A stretch of 64,000 nucleotides of DNA from the NCBI RefSeq assembly GCF_006345805.1, contig NC_042997.1, positions 98,022,001 to 98,086,000 on the forward strand, written 5' to 3'. Source of the stretch: Octopus sinensis. Taxonomy: Eukaryota. Made by a program: the position numbers and the translations under genes. This document shows positions 54,874 through 64,000 of the stretch, in pieces. Each line of letters opens with the position of its first letter. The first letter of the stretch is position 1. The notes beneath the pieces were generated by a model that worked only from the letters and a program-made list of their open reading frames with translations, did no database searches and was not told the DNA's origin.

Positions 54874-55888
54874 TGGTGAGCTGGAAGATGGCAGGAGAAC
54901 AGCGCATAAGGGCGTGCATCTCAGCTGGAGGTCTGAAAAGACACGTTAAGAGAGTGCATATGGTGGCACCTGTTTCTCTTGCCAGTTAGCAAAGTTGTGG
55001 AGTATGTCATAAAATGTGTAAAAGTTTGGCTGGGCTTAAAAGTCATATACATAGCATCAATAATAAATCATTACATAGCATCAATAATGAATCATTACAT
55101 AGCATCAATAATGAATCATTTCAGTAAGTCTTTTTGGCAATGGCTTTTCTCGTGTCACGAGGGTTCAGCTATGATGTATGTATGTATGTAGTATGTATGT
55201 ATGTAGTATGTATGTATGTATGTATGTATGTATGTATGTATGTATGTATGTATGTATGTATGTGTGTATGTATGCGTGTGTATGTGTGTGTGTGTCTAAG
55301 TGTGTATATGCATATATGAATACATACATATGTGTGTGTGTGTGAGACTGTGTACTTATTCGCTTGAGTTATTTGGCAAAATGTGTCTGTTATTTCACTC
55401 CGTTACTCTACTTAAAAGGAACAAATGAACTGCATTTGGTTTATCTCATTGCATATGTAACGGTAATATAAAGATATATTTCATAATAGAGTTTGATGGC
55501 AATACAAGTGAAAAGTGATAAATGACTTAACAAACCGCTATACGCACGCATGCACACACATGCACATGCGCACACACACCACGCACACACGCAAACATGC
55601 ATACACACACATATATACGCGAACACACACAAATTAGCTTGCTAAGGAAAGCAGAATGATGTCTTCTATACATGTATTAGAAATATATTATTTCTTTAAA
55701 CTGAATTATTCTCGAGACTCTAATTTCATGCTATAGCAATCTATAGGCGAGGACTTATATCTGCAGTTTGACTATTGCAGTGACGTGAAACGATAAAACC
55801 ACAATAATTAACTTATATATATGTTAATTATTGTGGATTATATATGCACATACACTCAGACGTGTACATACACACACAATCTTTATAT

Positions 55889-55997
55889 CATACTTAACGT
55901 AGATGTTTTATATAGTTTGTCCATATTACACTGAGGACCGGTTTTCCGCTGACCGGATATGTTATAATACTGATATAGCACATCCACGTTAAGTATG
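55889..55997 (+). mobile_element. Micro fold-back (~27-bp arms) with a degenerate hammerhead in the loop
   Basis: catacttaacgtagatgt...tatag pairs with ctgatatagcacatccacgttaagtatg. The loop reads CTGAGGA-c-cggt...accg-GATATGTT, where GAAACGTT is expected. Confidence 0.55.
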
Positions 55998-56045
55998 GTC
56001 GTTGCTAATACACACACGCGCGCGCGCACACACACACACACACAC

Positions 56046-56083
<38 letters not shown>

Positions 56084-56088
56084 ACACA

Positions 56089-56119
<31 letters not shown>

Positions 56120-56373
56120 ACAGTCCACAGATGAGATCCAGACATTCCCAGTATAGACATGTATCAGTTCTTAAATGAATCAAACTTCGACTCCGATATA
56201 ATTGCCTGTCTGTGTATAATTGCCGTATGTATGTATGTGTTTATGTATGTATGTGTATCTATATATATCTATATATATGTATGTGTGTGTGTATATATAT
56301 ATATATTATGAATATGCAGATATACATAAACATAAGCACACGCATATATATCTATATATATATATGTGTATGC

Positions 56374-56428
<55 letters not shown>

Positions 56429-57149
56429 TATGTATATACATATATACATAAACATAATCACACACATTGTGTTTGTTATCACGTGGCGTGTGAAATCGCT
56501 ACAGTTGAATAGAAATAACCTGTAAATGTATTTATGACTAATCTAGTTTCGCCCCTTTTTTTTATCAATGTCCTCTTTGCATTGCGTGTCTCGCGTGAAG
56601 GATGAAATAACTACAGAATAAATTACTTAGGTCTATGTAATCGACTAGTACTATTCAAGGTCTTGGTCGAATAACTGAAACTAATATAATAATACAAGAG
56701 AATATAAACAATATATACTTACATAAATTGATCAGACAGATCAACAACTACGTCAACTTTGCGTTTTATTTCCTTTTAATTATTGCAAGGATCTGGTTGA
56801 TAAGATGCAAATAATTGCTAACTGAATTAATATCTGTATATTATTGACGAATAGTGCAATATAACAGCTCAACCATACCCATCAACAACCGGTTACAATG
56901 ATCTAGAACTGAGGAAGTTTTGTCTGCAGTGTAGCTAGAAAGTATGAAGCCGCGAACTATGCTTGAGTTTGCCTTACCCATATGCCTCGAAAAACACTAC
57001 ATAGTACACATTAATGCAAGCTTTCTCCCGCCCGCAAGGAAAATGTTACTGAGATCAGTGCGAAACAATGTCTCCACTTTAGTTACGTTAATGATGATTG
57101 AATAATATATTCAATTATTATTAAATTAGAAACAATTAGCTTAAAATTA

Positions 57150-57153
57150 GAAA

Positions 57154-57194
<41 letters not shown>

Positions 57195-57218
57195 CACTAC
57201 CACCACCACCACACCACC

Positions 57219-57287
<69 letters not shown>

Positions 57288-57303
57288 AATGCTGCTGCTG
57301 CTG

Positions 57304-57366
<63 letters not shown>
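57150..57366. repeat. Compound trinucleotide microsatellite (TAC)n-(CAC)n-(TAC)n-(TGC)n-(TAC)n
   Basis: Directly visible. Confidence 0.95.
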
Positions 57367-57620
57367 TTGAATGAGAAGCAGTGCATGCCATCAAAATGAC
57401 ACTGGTGTACAAATATACGAAGCCCAATATATATGCATCACAACCATATGTGCGCGACATCGTGATCTCATATCAAGATAAACAGCGCATGACCTTGCAG
57501 ATGGGGCCCAGTTAGAATTTTCTTCAGGCTGAGTATCCCATCCCGCTCAAAAGGTCCCTGAATAAGGTTTGTTTAACGATGATGAACGAAACGCCCATGT
57601 TTCCAGAGGTGATTTATTCA
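57363..57620 (-). mobile_element. Interspersed repeat family E, truncated copy ending in a trinucleotide tract
   Basis: Collinear with 58183-58460. Confidence 0.75.
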
Positions 57621-57847
57621 AACCACCGAGGAGTCTTCCTGAGGAGCCTTTGGCATTAAGGAGTCCAAAGTGCGTGAAGTTTCTTTGGTCACCTTACGGT
57701 GGAGCTCCTTCACTATTGGGGAAGCATACTATTGATTTAATCTCTTTGTTAATGATTGTGTTTGGTGGCTGTTTACATGTTTAACCTCACTGTCCCTCGT
57801 CTGTGCTTTATGTTTTTTGTTCGGCCCTAGTGGCCAATAAAGAAAGA

Positions 57848-57885
<38 letters not shown>

Positions 57886-57922
57886 CATTAGAATCAAAAA
57901 AAGAAGTGCAATTGTTATCAAG

Positions 57923-57963
57923 TGAACGATATTTCGACATCTCGTGTGCCTTCCACAGGTTCA
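57923..57963 (-). ncRNA. Hammerhead motif with variant core CUGUGGA
   Basis: tgaac-CTGTGGA-a-ggca-cacgaga-tgtc-GAAAT-ATC^gttca. Stem I has 5 perfect pairs. Stem III is the palindrome ATAT. Confidence 0.7.
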
Positions 57964-58054
57964 AAAAATAATCCTGGCAATCTACCTCATTTTGGTAATA
58001 TTTATAGGATTGAGGTTACTCCTCAAGAAAGTATAGATTGACAAGTTTATTTTT

Positions 58055-58095
58055 TGAACCCGTGGAAGACACATGCGATGTCGAAATATCGTTCA
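58055..58095 (+). ncRNA. Hammerhead motif, mirror copy (core CCGUGGA)
   Basis: tgaac-CCGTGGA-a-gaca-catgcga-tgtc-GAAAT-ATC^gttca. Confidence 0.6.
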
Positions 58096-58182
58096 CTTGA
58101 TAACAATGGCATTCTTCTTTTTGTTTTTGCTTCTGTACTTCCTGGAGGAGTAACCTCAATCCTATGTTATTATTATTATTAT

Positions 58183-58738
58183 TGAGTGAGAGAGCAGTGC
58201 ATGCCATCAAAGTGACACTGTGGTAAAATATACGAAGCCCAGTATACCCATCATAACTACCTGTCTGATAAGGGTAGACTAGGCACATGCATCACAACCA
58301 TATGTGTGCGATATGGTGATCTCATATCAAGGTAAACAGCTCATGACCTTGCAGGTGGGACCCAGTCAGAATTTTCTTCTGATCGAGTAGCCCATCCCGC
58401 TCAAAAGGCCACTGAACAAGGATTGTTTAAGGATGTTGAACGAACCACCCGTGTTTCCAAAGGTGAATTATCCAAATCTCTAAGAATTCCTTTCAACACA
58501 CGGCTATGATGCTCCCCCACTACTTCAGATCGTGCTCAGAGATGCACATATTGTCAGCCACTAAGGGACATGCTCAACTGGTTAAGGTCAAACAACTGAC
58601 AAGCAAATCTGTGGTATTAAGCAGAATATTTGCTGTAGCCCATCTTTTATACCAAGACAAAACAATGTACATGATAACACTTTCAATCAGTTAAGATCAG
58701 CAGCCATGAGAGCCACTGTCTGGTACTGCATCAGGGCA
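58183..58738 (-). mobile_element. Interspersed repeat family E, apparently full length (~555 bp), with an (AAT)n 3' end
   Basis: A second copy lies at 57363-57620. Both terminate at ...ctcactcaat/ctcattcaat plus a trinucleotide tract. Confidence 0.7.
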
Positions 58739-59454
58739 TGGTACAGCATCAGTACCATTATTATTATTATAAATAATGATAATAATGATAATATCTTGTT
58801 CTAAGTCTTATCAAACAGAACTGTGTTCAAAGGAGTCCAGCTGTGACAGTCTCGTCTATTTTTTCAGTCACAATCATGATGCTCCTTTCGGGTTTTTAAA
58901 AAGCAGGTTGTGCTTTCAAGATGATTTCGCCGCATTTAATCGATTCGACTGATTCTTGTGGCTGTTGTTTTGATAGAATTGAAACATCAGAATAATGAGG
59001 TTGATCATATAACATATGACGCAGAAGAGAAGACGCCTACTCTCATCTCAGTAACAGAATGTAAAAATTTATCATGCGTTCAGCCCACCTTTTGCTAAGA
59101 AAAATAGATCAATTATTCTTGTCAGATATAAACACACCTACATATATATTGATACGTATTATGACACTCTTATAAACTCGAGGGGGAAAAAAACGGAAGC
59201 AAACTAAATCTTTGAGTTCACTTTTTTTATATCTAAGAAAAACATTGAATTCTAATTTTGCTGCCCAAGTATCAGTTTGTGGGGGTGATGTAGTCGACTT
59301 CTCTGCTTATTTTATTACGCTGTTATGTCGATAGCGGAAGAATAAAAAGCGAAATCATATTAACAAGATTTCGTTTCAGAACGTTGCTAAACATCAACGA
59401 TTTGTCAATTTATGCTATTCACCAGCATTCTTAGATAGAATAACGCATTTTTCT

Positions 59455-59668
59455 AATTTTAGCACAAGACCAGCATTTTATGTATTTGTGGGGAAGAGGA
59501 AGTCCGTCTACATTGACCCTATTGCTCGACTGATACCTACTTTGGCGGCTCTCAAACGATGAAAGGCAGAGTCAACATCGGCGGAATTTGGACTCAGAAC
59601 GTGAAGACCAAGATGTGCCGCTAAGCATTTCGTCCGGCGTGCCATCGATTCTCCCAACTCGTTGCCTT
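59455..59668 (-). mobile_element. SINE family B, diverged
   Basis: Head, B-box-like motif and central domain. Confidence 0.7.
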
Positions 59669-61008
59669 AATAAAAATAAAATTATAAACATATTCCCACA
59701 AACTAAAGCGTCACCTGTGTGTATGTGTATGTGTATGTATGTATGTATGTATGTATGCATGCATGTATGTATGTGTGTATGTATGTATATATGTATGTAT
59801 GTATGTATGCATGCATGTATGTATTGCGTGTATGTATGTATTTGTGTGTGTGTGTGTGTGTATGTGTGTGTGCGTATCCATCTATATAAATATCATGAAC
59901 ATGCAATGATTTTGGACTGGTTTTATACAGTCCACTGCAGGACGTAGATCTCAGTATGTTCTCATCACTAAACGCGGAACTCATGAGGAAGGCCGTTAAT
60001 TCGAGCTTGAGATCATGCTGTTTCAATGAGTTTAGCCTATACCTCTCTGCCAACCCGACATGGCTAGGCAGAGGGATACAGTTTTAAACTCTTACTCAGG
60101 CGTAGTTAATTCGATTACATCCACCCTAGTGCTCAATTGGTCCCAACTTCACTAACCCTCAATGGATGAAAGACAAAATCAACGGAATTTGAAATCAGGA
60201 TAGACGAAATGCTGTTAATCATTTCGCTCCCCGAGCTGACAATTCTGCCAGCTTGCTGCCATGCGGTAATTAATAAGTGATAATCGATAACCAATAGCAA
60301 TACCAGTTCTACTAAATTAATATTACCCCAGATCACACATTTTACATTCTTAAAATGGAAGGAAACACTAGGTAATATTTTCCGTGATATACAAAACCTA
60401 CAGGATGGTCACGCTTGGAATACTTTTTACCAGAGATCGTATCGATCAGAGCTAAACGGGGCTAAACAACTAAAGGCGTCTTAAAGTAGTAAGCGAGCCT
60501 GGCTAGAAATAGTAGCTAGTGACCCCATCTCTCATAAACCACATGCTATTGCCCTAACATTATGGGCACATTAGGGAACGAGGAGGAAGAGACCCCTTCG
60601 GTCATGAATGACCATGGGATTGCACCTAGAAAGTTACCCTCCGAGGAACAAGTCCGGGCAAGGTTGTTTATTGAAGGCCAGCAGTCGCCCATGCATACCA
60701 GCAATGATTTCAAAAGGATATGTAGGCCTGCCGGTTTCCGTGTTTCTTCTTAAATCGGTTTTGTATGACGGCTAACCACGGCAAATGTTGGCGATATCCG
60801 AGTTAACATTAAGTTGCTAGGCTCTGGTAATTTTTTCTTGCTTGGTAAATCCGAGTGTTCTACTCAGGAATCCATAGTTTCCGGAGAGTAAGTAGTAGTA
60901 TTAATAATAATCAAGAGAACGCGCGTAGGTAACAAAAGAATTCTGTAAATAACTGTTAAATAGAATTACAGATGTGGAAAATCTCCGTTTCCCTGATTAA
61001 TCATTAAT

Positions 61009-61062
<54 letters not shown>

Positions 61063-61491
61063 TATGTATATATATATATATGATTATTCCCTGGTACGCA
61101 TACACGTTTAAAGACATACATATTCAAAGAACCACACACACACACATGCATGCCATTTTATTGATCCATCCCTTACATTTTTTATGAGGGGAGAAACTAT
61201 TTCCTACACGGTTACTTTATAGCAATAATAATTAAACTCAATTGTGCAGTAGTATTCAATCCATTTATTTCTTGGTAATAAAGATGATAAAAATCCCCCA
61301 TAAAATTCCAATCTCATATACGTATTTCGATATTCGCTGGATCTCTTCAGTGTGGAGACGAATATCATTATTTGCGAGAATCAAGCTAGATGCACACTTT
61401 AAACAATAAAAAGAGAGAGGGGGAGAGAAAGAAGAAAAGAGGGAGGAGAGAGAAGCGAGAGGAGAGAGAGAGGGAGAGAGAGGGAGAGAGA

Positions 61492-61535
<44 letters not shown>

Positions 61536-61627
61536 GGGGGAGAGAGAGTTATTATTTAAGAGAAACAAGATTTAAGTAATTTTTTTCTGATCGGAAAGGA
61601 AGCGAGATTTAATAATATAATGAAAGT

Positions 61628-61671
<44 letters not shown>

Positions 61672-61779
61672 ACACAAATACACAGATACATTCAAACATG
61701 CACACGCACAGACATACACAACACAAACACCCCACACACATATATACACACAAACGGTTTCTGTAGTATAGTTTCTTCA

Positions 61780-62700
61780 TTAGCCAGGTGAGTTTGCCAT
61801 TGCTCTTTACCAGGTTTTCCGGGTAGCTTTCGTTGTAGGGTAGAGATTTACTCTCACTATCAAGATGCTCGAAGCTAATGACTAGTTAGATCTGTTGGCG
61901 AAGTTGGAGGAAACAAAAATGTGGGTACCGCACTTTTATCTAAGTTGTAAGCAGTTCGATGTAATACCAAGACGATCTTCCGTGATGTATTTTGACTACG
62001 ATCCTTAGTTAAAAATTGTCAATTTACAAAGAATGAATAATGGTTGAAAAATTACAGTGTCTCCCAGATTAATGAAAAGAATGTTTGTTTCACTTGGAGA
62101 CATTGGTATTGGTAAATCTTTGGGCAAAGATCGGAGAAGCGGAGTACGGAATTTTCATGTGCTTTTGTAAAGAAAATGTGTACAATCTGTGTAGATTAAA
62201 AAATGAAATTGCTACAGCAATATTATAGGGTGGACTGTACTATCATATTTTTTACGCCTTTTGCGATTTGAAGTCTTAGGTACCTTATCAACGTACCTTA
62301 ACTTATCGTTAAAAGCACTTCTAGATAGGACATAGTTTTTAGTATTCTGAAAAGTTCTAAATTCTTGCTCGTTAGGTATTGAAGCCTAATGGATAAGAAT
62401 TTTGGCTAAGATTCTTAAAGATAGTCATGAGGTGGTCTGAGTGGAAGCAACTGGAGTGTAATTGATTTTGTGGTGTAGAGAATATAAAAGACATTTCGGC
62501 TTGGGCTGACATATAAGTTAATTCTGGTACGGTCGGTGTCCATAGAGCTACGCAATCCTTAAAGAGGGACCTATTTGTTCCAAAATATAACTCTGCTTGC
62601 GTATTATAGTTTCGCAGTTTTCGTGTTCGTCCTTTCGCTATAATCTACCTTCAATTGCAGTAAAATAAATCCTAAGGCGTTTTAGGATCTATAGGCCAAC
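61780..62700 (-). mobile_element. Highly decayed Penelope-like element (RT thumb to GIY-YIG; Neptune-like linker)
   Basis: Minus-strand peptide remnants across frameshifts: TIFKNLSQNSYPLGF (cf. NGYP), YSPPYNIAVA (cf. WFNPPY), KHMKIPYS (cf. VKISYS) and YYIELLTT*IKVRY (cf. YIGLT..FK.RY). Confidence 0.5.
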
Positions 62701-63012
62701 GAGGTTCCTGTTCTCTGATGAATCAATCGTTTCTATGCTTACATCGAAATCTTTAGTTAACGAGTTTCAAGTGCATGAAAAATAATATCCATATCTGCAC
62801 GCACCCATCTATGTATGTATGTATGTATGTATGTATGTATGTATGTATGTATGTATGTATGTATGTATGTATGTATGTATGTATGTATGTGTATTATGTA
62901 GGCAGGTGGGTATATAGATAGATATACATATGCACTAATTTTAACGCGGAATCTTAAAGATGTGTTGTAGTAATTTATACTTATATATAGACTCTCTTTA
63001 CTTTCTCTCTCA

Positions 63013-63068
<56 letters not shown>

Positions 63069-63871
63069 CACATTCATATATGTATATATAGATATGTATT
63101 TGTATACATTACTTTATATCTGTGTATACATATACATTCATATATATATATATATACAATATGGTGAAAGAAAAATATTCGCTATTCCTATCTTTACTTT
63201 TCGAACTGTTTGTTTATTTCTTTTTAATTATGTTACTTTAGATAAGCTATTGTACTCGGGTCAAATGTTGTTCTTTGAAGACAAGAAAATATCTTAGAGC
63301 TGTAAGTTAGATCAAACCAGACGAAGGTTTATCAAAAGCATTGTTATTTCTTTTTCTTTTCAAATAAAGTCCTGGTGTGTATTGCTGAAATGTCTATTGA
63401 TCGAGCGTATTTTGCACCGAATTACTTGTACGATGATAATGTACAATAGTAGTTGCAGAAATGGTAAATATCTGTATGCATCTGGATACATATTAAAAGG
63501 GGGAAAATCTGCAATGACTTGGAGAAATTTCTGAATATGTAGTATATGTAGTGCAAAAGTGATTTGTTTGGAAGTTTAAGTTATTTTGGAATTTGCAGAG
63601 TTTTAATTTATCTCGTTCTGATGGTTGAAACGAAACGTTTAATATTCAACTCCTCGGTGGAGTTTCTGCTCGGAACTCTGGAGACGTTACTAAATTTGGT
63701 CCCAGTTGAAAATGAAAGACCAGATCTATATCCGTGTGACTCAGGACGGACGTCAATAATCGTAATCAAATATTGCATTGCAATTTCTACATTTCTTCCA
63801 GTGGCAAGTAAAGTTGCTACAGATGGTAACAACAACAAAAAACAACAACAGTAGCAGCAGCAGTAACAACA

Positions 63872-64000
63872 ATCCTTTCTATTATAGGCACAAGGCCTGA
63901 AGCTTTGGTGGGGGGGGGGGGTGAAACTAGTCGCTTACATCGACCCCTGAATTGCACTGGTACTTACTTAATTTATCGACCCCGAAAGGATGAAAGGCAA
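63872..64000 (-). mobile_element. SINE family B, 3' part, running off the window end
   Basis: aatttatcgaccccgaaaggatgaaaggcaa and the tail ataggcacaaggcctg. Confidence 0.85.

Larger units (their letters stand above)
57890..58165. mobile_element. Fold-back element with two hammerhead motifs and two interleaved inverted-repeat pairs
   Basis: About 57898-57971 pairs with 58047-58122, and 58004-58033 pairs with 58136-58165. Confidence 0.8.

Noticed and set aside
63614-63645. ctgatggttgaaacgaaacgttt as a hammerhead
   Set aside because: It needs a deletion in the core and has no stem I pairing.

Overview
This is a 64-kb AT-rich, microsatellite-dense eukaryotic window with no confidently identifiable host gene. 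The repeat families are ones I recall from octopus (coleoid cephalopod) genomes; that assignment is recalled, not database-checked. Nearly all computed ORFs are translations of simple repeats or decayed transposon fragments. Recognisable content: several tRNA-headed SINE families (about 30 copies and fragments), two RTE-clade LINE relics, a full-length decayed DD34D mariner, a truncated Tc1-like element with 36-residue D-to-(E) spacing, non-autonomous Helitrons, decayed Penelope-like element (PLE) coding fragments, minisatellites and a 930-bp tandem duplication. The main unexplained structure is a set of about ten fold-back elements from unrelated sequence families. They look like MITEs, but nearly all carry a minimal type I hammerhead ribozyme motif in the loop or arms, the architecture known from PLE termini. 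One is a head-to-head dimer of a tRNA-headed, (AAT)n-containing, hammerhead-bearing element, and a solo copy of its tail elsewhere begins almost exactly at the predicted cleavage site. Two unrelated families share a non-canonical CUGUGGA core with intact stems. All folds and alignments were done by eye and need computational and biochemical confirmation.
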